Below, in pieces: positions 40,642 to 49,566 of a DNA stretch of 64,000 nucleotides. This DNA is from an uncultured Armatimonadetes bacterium. Lineage in GTDB: Bacteria; Armatimonadota; Hebobacteria; Hebobacterales; Hebobacteraceae. Under the pieces are notes generated by a model that did not search any database, was not told the origin of the DNA, and was given only the letters and a program-made list of their open reading frames with translations. The stretch is from contig OY970296.1 in assembly GCA_963716175.1 (NCBI GenBank), positions 1,664,001-1,728,000 on the forward strand. Reading direction: 5' to 3'. The translations under genes and the position numbers were made by a program. Numbering within the stretch: the first letter of the stretch is position 1; every line of letters starts with the position of its first letter.

Positions 40642-41793
40642 GTGAGACTGGCGATACGCGGCGGGCAGGTCGTCACGCCCCTGGAGGCATTCCAACAGGC
40701 CGATGTGCTGATCGAGGAAGGCCGGATCGTCGCGGTCGGGCCGGGCGCGGCGAGTGCGGAGACGTGCGAGACGATTGACGCGGCCGGACGCATTGTCGCC
40801 CCCGGCTTTGTGGATGTTCACATTCACGGCAGCGCCGGACATGATACCATGGATGCGACCCGGGAGGCGATCGAGGGGATCGCCCGGTTCATCGCCGCCC
40901 ATGGCGTCACGTCGTTCTGCCCCACAACCCTCACGCAGCCCATCGCCGACATCATGCGCTCGGTGCGCGCGGTGTACGAGTGCATGGAGAGCGGCATTGA
41001 GAGCGGCGCGCAGCCGCTGGGAGTGCACCTCGAAGGGCCCTGCGTTGACGCCAAGATGAAGGGCGCGCAGCCGGAGCAGCACATCACCTCCGGTTCGGCC
41101 ATCGCATACCAGCAGCTCTTTGAACTCGGCAACATCAGACTCATCACCCTCGCACCCGAGATCGCCGAGAACCGCGAGCTCATTGCCTTCGCTCGCAGCC
41201 AAGGGGCGATCGTGGTCGTCGGCCACTCGTCGGCCAGCTACGAGGACTTGGTGGAGGCGGTTAAGCTCGGGGTCAATCACGCCACCCACACCTTCAACCA
41301 GATGCAGGGCCTGCACCACCGCGCGCCGGGCACCGTCGGCGGGGTGTTGCTACTGGATGAGATCTACGCCGAGTTCATCGCCGACGGCGTGCACCTGCAT
41401 CCCGCGACCGTAGACATGATCGTGCGGCTCAAGGGCCCGGACAAGGCGCTGGCGATCACGGACGCCATCAGCGGCGCCGGCATGCCGGATGGCGAGTACG
41501 AGCTTGGGGGCCAGCCCATAGTGGTGAAGGAGGGCGCGGTGCGGCTTGCTAGCGGGGCGCTCGCCGGCAGCGCGCTCACACTCGATGTTGCGGTGGGCAA
41601 TATCGTGAAGTTCACCCGCGCCTCAGTGCGCGAGGCCATTCAGATGGCAACCCTCACGCCCGCCCGCTCCATCGGCGTCTCCAGCCGCAAGGGGAGCCTG
41701 GAGCCGGGGAAGGACGCGGATGTGGTGATGCTGACGCCAGACTTGAAGGTGGCGATGACGATAGTGGGGGGAAAGGTAGTGTATCGGGCGTGA
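40642..41793 (+). CDS. nagA: N-acetylglucosamine-6-phosphate deacetylase
   Basis: PGFVDVHIHG, HLEGP, KGAQ, THTFNQM, IADGVH, ITDA, LAGS. Confidence 0.95.
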   Translation: MRLAIRGGQVVTPLEAFQQADVLIEEGRIVAVGPGAASAETCETIDAAGRIVAPGFVDVHIHGSAGHDTMDATREAIEGIARFIAAHGVTSFCPTTLTQPIADIMRSVRAVYECMESGIESGAQPLGVHLEGPCVDAKMKGAQPEQHITSGSAIAYQQLFELGNIRLITLAPEIAENRELIAFARSQGAIVVVGHSSASYEDLVEAVKLGVNHATHTFNQMQGLHHRAPGTVGGVLLLDEIYAEFIADGVHLHPATVDMIVRLKGPDKALAITDAISGAGMPDGEYELGGQPIVVKEGAVRLASGALAGSALTLDVAVGNIVKFTRASVREAIQMATLTPARSIGVSSRKGSLEPGKDADVVMLTPDLKVAMTIVGGKVVYRA

Positions 41794-41867
41794 GAGGACT
41801 GGCCCTGCTCCGCCAAGGCTACGCAGGGCATTCTGCTTAGCTGCGACTTCGTCGCAGCTAAGCAGAA

Positions 41868-41943
41868 TGGAGCCCACATCCGGGATCGAACCGGAGACCT
41901 TATCCTTACCAAGGATACGCTCTGCCGACTGAGCTATGTGGGC
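41868..41943 (-). tRNA. tRNA-Thr(GGT)
   Basis: GCCCACATAGCTCAG...TATCC-TTGGTAA-GGATA...GGTTCGATCCC...GTGGGCTCCA, 76 nt. Confidence 0.97.
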
Positions 41944-42036
41944 CCACCATCGAGAGGGGAAAGGTGACAGGCGACTATTCTCATCGCCTTTCACCTCTCT
42001 CCTCTCACCCCACTTCGCCGTCGCCCCGGGGGCCGA

Positions 42037-42122
42037 TGGTGGGCGGGGAAGGATTCGAACCTCCGTAGGCTTCGCCGGCAGATTTACAGTCTGCTCCCTT
42101 TGTCCAACTCGGGCACCCGCCC
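42037..42122 (-). tRNA. tRNA-Tyr(GTA)
   Basis: GGGCGGGTGCCCGAG...GCAGA-CTGTAAA-TCTGC, long variable arm, GGTTCGAATCC...CCCACCA, 86 nt. Confidence 0.97.
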
Positions 42123-42145
42123 AACCACGCGCTCTCACCGTGGCG

Positions 42146-42174
42146 ATGTTAGCATGGGAGGGGGGCCAAGTCAA
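42146..42174 (-). promoter_or_regulatory. Promoter of tRNA-Tyr/tRNA-Thr
   Basis: TTGACT, 17-bp spacer, TGc-TAACAT on the minus strand. Confidence 0.75.
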
Positions 42175-42280
42175 GGTTGAGAGGTGCGGCACGAGCACCA
42201 CGGGGTTTAGGGCGATGGTTCTGTAGGGCGGGGTCTCCCGACCCCGCCAGGCGGCTCAACTCACAGGCTGGGAGCCTGTG

Positions 42281-42739
42281 CTACCAGTCCCACTTCTTCA
42301 GCACGATCCCGCCGCCGGTGGCCTCGGCGTCGCCGATCCAGCATCCCAGGGCAGCGCCGCCGATCACATCATCCCAGTCGTGGGCTCCCGCTTTCACCCG
42401 CGACCAGGCGACGCGGGCAGCCAGCAGATACCAGAGCGCTTTCTGCTTCGGATAGTAGGTGCTGGTCACGCGGGCGAGGGCAAAGGCGAGAGTGGCGTGG
42501 CCGCTGGGGAAGGCGTAGCCACTGCCTACCGGCCGCGGGTCCTTGAAGGTCCGCTTCAGTGCCTCTCCGCTCACTGTGGAGACGATGGTCGCATCGAGGG
42601 CGAGCTTCCACGGTGAGGGAGCGGCCGGGGCGGCTTGCTGGCTGGGCTGGCCCGGAATCTGTGGCTGGTCCTGACAGGCTGCCTGCGCCGTGCCGATGCC
42701 CATCAGCAGCAAGAGAAGGAGTGACGGCAGGAGCTTCAC
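42281..42739 (-). CDS. PAP2-family phosphatase
   Basis: K......RP, FPSGH, SRV.AGAH...DV; GTG start after reassignment. Confidence 0.85.
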   Translation of the reverse strand: MKLLPSLLLLLLMGIGTAQAACQDQPQIPGQPSQQAAPAAPSPWKLALDATIVSTVSGEALKRTFKDPRPVGSGYAFPSGHATLAFALARVTSTYYPKQKALWYLLAARVAWSRVKAGAHDWDDVIGGAALGCWIGDAEATGGGIVLKKWDW

Positions 42740-44956
42740 GGGCCATTCCTCGGGAGCGGGCGCGCGCTCGCCTGCACTTCGCCGACTTCCACCCAGCCCT
42801 GGTACTGAGATACATAGAGGGGCGCGATGGCGATGGCGATGCGATAGGCGCCGGAGCTGGCATTGCTCGGGACGATGATCTCTCCCTGCTGCTGACAGGC
42901 CGTCCCTGCCGGAGAGGGCGCGAGGCCCCACTGGCCATAGGCGACGGGGAAGGCCTGGAGCAAGCGCTCGTCTTGCCAATCCCTTCCTGTGAACTGCTCC
43001 AGATCCATTCCCGGAGGGACCAGAGCGACCGCGAACTGGGCCCGGGGCAGAGGTGTAGCGAGGCGCCAGGCGACGGTGAAGCCCACCATCTCGCCCGTGC
43101 CGGCCGCGGCGCGATTCAGATGGAACGCGACCAGGGAAATGCCCGCGGAGAACACTGCCTGCGCCGGCCCGGCCTGGCTGCGCAACATGTCGGGGGGCGC
43201 GAGTTGCAGGCGCACCAGATCCTCGCTCAGCCCCACGAAGTAGGGCGGCCCTGGAATCTGAATGTGCATGGGGCCGTGAACCGCATAGATAGCCCGACCG
43301 GGTAGACGCTTTGCCAGCAGATAGGCAAGCACCGCGGTCTGGTCGTGGATGTCCAGAGCCTGGGAGAGGGCCTGGGGCCAGAGGTCGCGCAGCGCCTGAC
43401 GCAGCGTGGGGTCCCCGATGGTGTTCAGATACCATGCTTGGGGCTGGCCGGGGGCGGGGAGGCGGACGCTGCGTACCAGGGTGACATCCCGGCGCAACCC
43501 CTCCACGTTCTGCAGATACATGGTGAAGAAGCTGGGCTGATCGAAGTCGGAGAGGAAGATAGCATTGGGGGCCATCTGCGAGAGCACCGCGGTCCAGCGA
43601 TCACGCGGCCCCCAGTCATCGCTGAGGTTCAGGCGATCCCAGTTGGCGCTCAGCAGCGTCGCGCAGAGCAGCGCGCCCAGCAGAGCCATGACATACCTGC
43701 CCTGCCTGGGCTGCGGGAGCGAGCTGCCGGCCCGCGCCAGCCCGAGTGCAAAGCAGACCGCCAGCACCGGCGCCAGGGGCTGCAGGAAGTGCTTGAGGTC
43801 GGAGGTCTCACCCCATCTCAGTACCCAGAAGGCGACCAGCAGGCAGCCGATGGCGGCCGCGGCCGCGACCAGCCGTTCCTTTCTCAGCCATGTGGCCCAG
43901 CCCCAGACGATGAGCGGAAGGCCAATCACGACCAGAACCAGGGAGAGGCCCACACTCGACGCGAGCAATTGGGGGACTAGCTTCCCCGCCTCGGTCAGCA
44001 TCTGCTCGAAGCTGTTGGCGAAGGCGAACTGGAAGTACTGCTTCGCCAGCACATGATAGAGCAACTGGTCGAGGGTGGTGGTGTCGGTCCACGTCACCGG
44101 TGGATGCTGCAAGGCCCGCCACCACAGGTAGAGGTAGAGAGAGCACGGGGCCAGGAGCAGGCCCACCGCGGCCAGGTAAGCTCGGAGGCATGTGCGCCGG
44201 ATGAGCGCGTAGCCGATCATCCCCACCGCTAGCACCCCGGCCCCCGCCATCCCCCAGTGACTCTGGCTGGAGGCGGCCAGTCCCGCCCCGACCAGCCAGG
44301 CCAGGGCCAGGTAGCGCCCTCGGCAGCGCGGTGGGGTGAGCAGGAAGGCTGCGAGAAACGCGGGCACGAGGGCGAGAAAAGCGGTGCGGTGGTGCATGGC
44401 CCCGAAGCCGCAGGCCAGGCAGAGCAAGCCCAGCGCCTGCGCGGACCTCTCCCGGTTCCATCGCCTGAAGGCCATCGAGCGCGATGGCGACAGACAGGGT
44501 GACGAGCGCGTGGACTTCGGCCCGCACCAGGTCGCTCCAGGGCACGGACCACAGCCCGAACGCGAGCCCGGCGAAGAGGGCCGGCAGGGCCGCGCCAGTG
44601 AGGTCGCTCGCAATCAGCGAGACCAGCGCGCCGGCTGCGGCGACGCCGACCGCGGACATCAGGCCCACCCGATAGGCGCTGGTGCCGCCGAGGGGCAGAT
44701 AATCGAAGAGCCGGCCGAGGAGCAGCCAGAGCGGGTAGCCGGTGGGATGGGGGATGCCCTGCACGTGGACGGCGGCGATCAGCTCGCCGCTGTCCTGATC
44801 CACCGCGGTGGGGAGCAGAGTGGCCCGGTAGATTAGCAGCAGGCCCAGGAAGACGGCCGAGGGCACGGCTCGGGCCAACCACCTGGGGAGTGGCGGCCGC
44901 GGTGGGGGTTGGGGTTGAGGGGGCCGGGCCTTGCCAGTTCGGCGCGACTTGCGCAT
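42736..44956 (-). CDS. DUF2723/TMEM260-like membrane glycosyltransferase, frameshifted at ~44476
   Basis: DSGEL...GIPHPTGYPL...AEVHAL in ORF 43808-44956 continues as MHHRT...YLQNVEGLRRDV in ORF 42736-44613. Confidence 0.8.
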
Positions 44957-45008
44957 GGCCAGAAGGTTCGGGAGGCCGGGCTCGCCGTCCTCCCTCAGGA
45001 GGGACAGA

Positions 45009-45029
45009 TGGAGCCGGCGGCAGGAATCG
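45009..45029 (-). repeat. 21-bp copy of the tRNA-Thr(TGT) 3' end (att-like direct repeat)
   Basis: tggagccggcggcaggaatcg is identical to 45494-45514. Confidence 0.9.
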
Positions 45030-45052
45030 CTTGTCCCGAGCGAGCGACGGGC

Positions 45053-45328
45053 TCATCGGGAGCGAGCCGAGGGAAACCCGCGAACAAGCTGTTCCTTCTT
45101 CGCCGCGCTCCAGTTCTTCACCTGGATCTCGCGGCGCCTGGCGGACGACTTGGTGGGGTGTGTCTCAGTGTAGACAAGTGCGACAGGTCGCCGCCGAGCA
45201 GTGTAGTCCGCCCCCAGACCTGCGTTGTGCACCCGGACGCGCTCTTCGGCGTCGAGGGCGATGCCGCAGTAGAGAGACCTATCAGAGCAGCGGACGAGGT
45301 AGAACGTCCACAGGCGAGTATCTGGCAT
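45053..45328 (-). CDS. Small GIY-YIG nuclease family protein (UPF0213/YhbQ-like)
   Basis: FYLVRCSDRSLYCG...R...HNAG.GA.YT..RRPV.LVY.E...A..RE..VK. Confidence 0.92.
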   Translation of the reverse strand: MPDTRLWTFYLVRCSDRSLYCGIALDAEERVRVHNAGLGADYTARRRPVALVYTETHPTKSSARRREIQVKNWSAAKKEQLVRGFPSARSR

Positions 45329-45331
45329 GGG

Positions 45332-45458
45332 TGGCCCCTCGACCCTGCTCGGGGTCGCCGAAGCGGCTGGCCCTCGACTCACTCGCTTGGCTCGTTGGCT
45401 CGGGGTCGCGGGAGGAGTGGCCCCTCGACTCGCTCCCTTCGATCGCTCGCTCGGGGTC
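45332..45458. repeat. Three palindromic TGGCCC(C)TCGAC...GCTCGGGGTC units, with an inverted fourth copy at 45035-45073
   Basis: Units at 45332-45356, 45368-45407 and 45418-45458; the reverse complement of 45035-45073 aligns with unit 3. Confidence 0.8.
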
Positions 45459-45493
45459 ACCGTTCTCATGTGCCTATGGGCACATGAGAACGG

Positions 45494-45569
45494 TGGAGCC
45501 GGCGGCAGGAATCGAACCCGCGACCAGCTGATTACAAATCAGCCGCTCTGCCAACTGAGCTACGCCGGC
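45494..45569 (-). tRNA. tRNA-Thr(TGT)
   Basis: GCCGGCGTAGCTCAG...GCTGA-TTTGTAA-TCAGC...GGTTCGATTCC...CCGGCTCCA, 76 nt. Confidence 0.97.
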
Positions 45570-45729
45570 ATCTGGCTAAACGCTAGAATCGCCTGAAAGG
45601 CATCCAAGACGCTCTGAACAGCCTTTCGGCTTTCGTACTTCTGTGCGCTCGCGCTCGCATTGCCCGACAATCAGTAGTACGCTTTTCGTAGGCTTTCGCG
45701 GGCAGCACCCGCCACTCGGTCCGGTTCCG

Positions 45730-45758
45730 ATTCTAGCAGAAGACCTACACCTTGTCAC
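45730..45758 (-). promoter_or_regulatory. Element-borne promoter for the intact tRNA-Thr
   Basis: GTGACA, 17-bp spacer, TGc-TAGAAT. Confidence 0.65.
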
Positions 45759-45790
45759 GCCCGGATCCGCCGTGGTGGGCACCTGCGCTG

Positions 45791-47017
45791 TCACTTCCGG
45801 CTGAACAGCTTCCGCGCGATCTCCGAGAGACTCGCGCCGTCTTCTGCCAGGGCGTCCTCGACATCCGCGCGACTGGGTGGACGCTGGCCTGTAGGGCGCG
45901 GGAACCGGACGCCCGCGGCGATGTCTGCCCGTGCGAATTGCCGGCGGCGCTCTTCATCGCTGACCACGGCATAGCGCGCCGTCATCAAGGGAGAGGTATG
46001 CCCCATCGCCTCCATGAGTGCGGTCTGATCTACACCGGCCGCCGCAGCACTCAGACCGAAGTGGTGTCGTAGCCGGTGCGGCATGACCAGCTTCGGGTCA
46101 AGGCCTGCGCGCTCCGCCGCACGCCTAAGCATTAGGCGGATTGCATCTACGGTCATGCGCTGCCCCGCCTCCCTTATGCCTCCTGCCGTTTCTCCCTCGG
46201 GGCCGGTCGCGGTACGGCCCGGCTCGAGCGTTACGAATAACGGATCCTTGTCCTCTAAGTGGGGGAAGGCACGGGCGCGAACGGCCAGCCAGGCGGTCAG
46301 TGCTTCCGCTACCTCCGGCCGCGTCATCACCGTACCGTCGCGGATCACCGACGGCAGATCCACGCTCCGCACGCGTCGGCCTCGGCCTATCTCTGACCGG
46401 ACCGTGACCCGGCCCTCTCTCGGATTTAGATCGCCGGCATTCAGACCACAGACCTCCGACACCCGCAGGCCGCAGAGCGCCATCAGGTGTATCATCGCGG
46501 TATTGCGTACGCCCGTGGCCGTGCGCGGGGTGAATGCCGAGAGTAGTACCTCCAGATCATCTGACCGAGTGGCCCGCGGTGCCTGCACTGGGTCCAGCCG
46601 GTAACCCTTCACATACCGGCCGATATCCTCGGCCAGCAGTCCTTGCTGATGCGCCCATCGCAGCAGCATCTTCGCCGAGTTGAGCGCCATCTGTTTGCCG
46701 CGCTGGCTGATCGGGCCCCGCCGCGTCTGATACTCATCGAGCCAGGTGATGAACGCGCGCAGGTGCTCACGGGTGAACCGGTCAACCGTAGCGATCCCCC
46801 GCTCCGCGGCAAAGGCGGCCAGCCGTGTCTCGAGTTGTTCGCGATAGTGGTCCAGCGTGGCCGGCCGGAGGTCGGGATGGTCGGCAGTCCACCTTCGCAG
46901 GAAGAGATCGATCGCAGCCTGCCAACCGAGGTGAGGCACGACCGTCCTGCCGCCGGCCGCCGAGCCGCCGTCTGCCGAGGTGCCCCTGCCCTTACCGGGT
47001 CTGTACTCAGTGCCCAT
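45791..47017 (-). CDS. Tyrosine recombinase/integrase
   Basis: Core-binding N-domain; CGLRVSE (R), PHRLRH (HxxR), MGH and TARY catalytic residues. Confidence 0.92.
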   Translation of the reverse strand: MGTEYRPGKGRGTSADGGSAAGGRTVVPHLGWQAAIDLFLRRWTADHPDLRPATLDHYREQLETRLAAFAAERGIATVDRFTREHLRAFITWLDEYQTRRGPISQRGKQMALNSAKMLLRWAHQQGLLAEDIGRYVKGYRLDPVQAPRATRSDDLEVLLSAFTPRTATGVRNTAMIHLMALCGLRVSEVCGLNAGDLNPREGRVTVRSEIGRGRRVRSVDLPSVIRDGTVMTRPEVAEALTAWLAVRARAFPHLEDKDPLFVTLEPGRTATGPEGETAGGIREAGQRMTVDAIRLMLRRAAERAGLDPKLVMPHRLRHHFGLSAAAAGVDQTALMEAMGHTSPLMTARYAVVSDEERRRQFARADIAAGVRFPRPTGQRPPSRADVEDALAEDGASLSEIARKLFSRK

Positions 47018-47034
47018 CGCCAGTGCCCTACGGG

Positions 47035-47063
47035 ATCAGTAGTACGTCGAAATCAGTAGTACG
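47035..47063. promoter_or_regulatory. ATCAGTAGTACG direct repeats; putative integrase arm or operator sites
   Basis: Exact 12-mers at 47035-47046 and 47052-47063; a third copy at 45670-45681 in the same orientation. Confidence 0.7.
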
Positions 47064-47310
47064 ATGGTAGCGACGGTCTGTCGTCACGTCAAGTGGTTGG
47101 CTGCGGCCCCGTTGCGGCCCGACGCTGAGGGAATAGTGACCGAAGGCACCGGTTCGCCTTCGGCAGGGGCCCGGTACCAGTGCGGTCCTCAGGCGATGGG
47201 GTCAAAATCCAGCAAGCTGTGCGGGGCATGTAGGCCGGCGTTGACAGAGATAGACCTCAGTTTACAAATCAGCCGCTCTGCCAACTGAGCTACGCCGGCG
47301 CAATCTCACG

Positions 47311-47339
47311 ATTCTAGCATCTACGGGCGTGGCTGTCAG
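47311..47339 (-). promoter_or_regulatory. Promoter immediately upstream of the tRNA 5'-half copy
   Basis: CTGACA, 17-bp spacer, TGc-TAGAAT, 11 bp before the duplicated tRNA start. Confidence 0.7.
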
Positions 47340-47962
47340 CCCGTGCGCACGGGTTCCGGCGGTCGGCGTCGCCAGGAAGACAGGCGATTCCAGATCCACC
47401 GCCAAGGCCTGCAGCAGAGGTGCCAGAACCTTGTTGCAGGTGAGCGCTCGGCGCTCACCGCATCCAGGTTCTTCACCAGCTCCTCGGTGCTGTCAACGGC
47501 TCCTGCCGCGTACTTCACAGCATCGGCAAGGCCGCCTGTGATCGCGGTGTCGGCAACGGATCTCACACTCGCACTAGGTGCTGAAGATCGGGCCACGCAG
47601 TGTTGGTTGACCAGGCGCAGTTTGTCCAATAGCACCTTGAGCCGCATGTAGCAGATGGCAGTCTTAATGGCGAGTTCTCTCGGCAGCAGCAATAAGCGTT
47701 GTCCCGCGCCGTCGAATAGAGGGAAGTAGTTCTCCTCCGAAGACCACCGAATATCGTTCGGAAGCGCCTTCCCCTGCACCGGCTTCACTTCGTCCCAGCG
47801 CGTCAGCAACGCCCGAAGCTCGGCCGCCAAAGCGCCTGCAAGCAGTGTTTTCTCATACTGCCGTTGCCGGTTCGCGCGAATCCAGGCGAGGAATTCAGAT
47901 ATGCCAATGCCGACGAGTACTGCGCCAGCCCCTATCAGGCTGCCTTTGATCGTGGAATCCAT
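47336..47962 (-). CDS. Hypothetical island protein with N-terminal TM helix
   Basis: MDSTIKGSLIGAGAVLVGIGISEFLAW...; lower GC than core genes. Confidence 0.65.
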   Translation of the reverse strand: MDSTIKGSLIGAGAVLVGIGISEFLAWIRANRQRQYEKTLLAGALAAELRALLTRWDEVKPVQGKALPNDIRWSSEENYFPLFDGAGQRLLLLPRELAIKTAICYMRLKVLLDKLRLVNQHCVARSSAPSASVRSVADTAITGGLADAVKYAAGAVDSTEELVKNLDAVSAERSPATRFWHLCCRPWRWIWNRLSSWRRRPPEPVRTG

Positions 47963-48065
47963 CGAGAAACCCCTCCGCTCCTGGACAGGATAGCACGCAA
48001 GGACACCTCGGTCCATCATCCACAGGCTTCATGCCCGGTCGGTATTGCAGAGCGAGCAGCCCCGG

Positions 48066-48600
48066 TCAGCGGAGGAGCGGAGCGGGCTCAGTTGGGCGCA
48101 ACCCGTGCAGGCTGACCCCCTTCCCAATATCCGCCCTCGCGAACGCCCACCTCCTCTCGGCGTCGGCGGACTCCGAGTAGCGGGCGGTCATGATTGGACT
48201 GCGATGGCCCATGGCGCGGATCAGGGCCGTGGTGGGCACTCCGGCCATCGCCGAGGTCAGACCGAAGTAGTGGCGCAGCCGGTGCGGGGTGGCCAGCCTC
48301 GGGTCTACGCCGGCCTTCTCCGCGATGCGCTTGAGAATGGTGCGCACCGCATCCGTGGTCAGCCGCTCGCCAGGCGGCCGCGCACCCGGATGGGCCTTCC
48401 CCGTGTCCCGATAGGTGCAGAGCTGCTGGCCAGAGCCCAGGGTGATGAAGAGAGGATCTTCCTCGCTCAGGCGAGGGCACACCCCGGAGCGCAGCCGCAG
48501 CCAGGACGCCATTAACCCGGCTACCTCCGGCTTCACCCTCTCCTCTCCGTCCACGATCGTCAGTGGCAGGTCGACAGAGCGGGTGCGCCGAGCGACGCTG
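48066..48600 (-). pseudogene. C-terminal fragment of a paralogous tyrosine recombinase
   Basis: RSVDLP...PEVA...WL..R...DPLFITL...PHRLRHYFGL...MGH.SP.MTARY...FARADI aligns closely with the 45791 protein; N-terminal half absent. Confidence 0.88.
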
Positions 48601-48834
48601 GCAGAAGGGGAAGCGACGGGACACGCCCATGTCGCCGAGAGCGACGCTCCGTTCGATGTGTTCGCGTTCCGACGTGGCGATCGGGTGGTGACGCTGTACT
48701 TGCGGGCAGCCCAGGCCGTGCGCGTTCTGCACGAAGAGCACCGCCTGGTCACACTGCAGCCAGGACTGTACGAGATCGCCCGTGTCCTTGAGCGTGACTG
48801 GCTGACCGGAGTCACGCGAGAGGTTGTGGACTGA
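48580..48834 (+). pseudogene. 5'-truncated phage/island-type conserved small protein
   Basis: LAEGEATGHAH...HEEH...L.PG.Y.I.R..E.D.....R.V.D motif; no start, abuts the integrase fragment. Confidence 0.7.
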
Positions 48835-49223
48835 GGGGCGGCTGCCAAGCATCGGGAAGGAGCGAAGGATGGCGAAGGCACTGTGGGCGCCGACGGTAAC
48901 GAAGGGAATGCCCGAAGCGTGAGAGACGTCCAACTAGACGACTGGGTGCGTAGTGCCGGCAATCCTCTCGTCCTGTCAGGTACAAGCCGTTGCAGCCCCG
49001 GGGGTTGTCCCCCCGAAAAACGTCATCCTCGAGACAACCATCGAGCAGCCACGGGACATCTGGGGCTTTTGGGGATTCGGACCTGTTGTAGAGGTCCCTA
49101 TAGGACGGCGCGTCAACAGCCCCCCCTGCAGTTTCCCGACGACCATCCTCTGGTCTCTAATGAGACATGTCCCTATCGGCGCTCGCGTCGCGCAATCTAT
49201 CGTCGGTTTCGGGGGGCCTGTCC

Positions 49224-49461
49224 TGTCCGGAAACTCATCTGGCTCTCAGCGCCTCTGCAGAGCCCACAGTGTGGTTGCCTATCCCCCCGATACCCCTGTG
49301 CTGAGAGGCACCAAGGATGACCGAGCGATACCGGGTGAGGTCGTGGCGGGGCGGGGCTGCCGGTGAGCGCTACCGTGGCGCGGCTGCTGTCCCATCCGCT
49401 ACGGAGTCCGGACCGTGAGACCCCACGCCGAGGAGGTAGCCGGAGTCGGGGGTGGCCGGGG
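49224..49461. repeat. Copy of a ~240-bp dispersed MITE-like repeat
   Basis: Begins ccggaaactcatct and ends gtagccggagtcgggggtggccgggg; colinear with 58216-58457. Confidence 0.75.
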
Positions 49462-49566
49462 GCGGCTTCACGGGCGGTTGACAGGGATACACAGTCCGAC
49501 CCCCTCTGGCGCGGCGAACAGCCGGCCGGCCCGGCACCAATCCCATTTGGACGCGGGCGCTGGCCC

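Larger units (their letters stand above)
45532..47299. mobile_element. Minimal integrative element at the tRNA-Thr(TGT) anticodon loop, bounded by 38-bp direct repeats of the tRNA 5' half
   Basis: ttacaaatcagccgctctgccaactgagctacgccggc at 45532-45569 and 47262-47299, enclosing only a tyrosine recombinase. Confidence 0.85.

Noticed and set aside
10505-44480. Four single-base frameshifts (~10512, ~28872, ~35992, ~44476) as programmed frameshifting or phase variation
   Set aside because: They affect unrelated genes, three are in short G runs, and no slippery heptamer or long tract is present. Long-read consensus error is the simpler explanation; check against reads.
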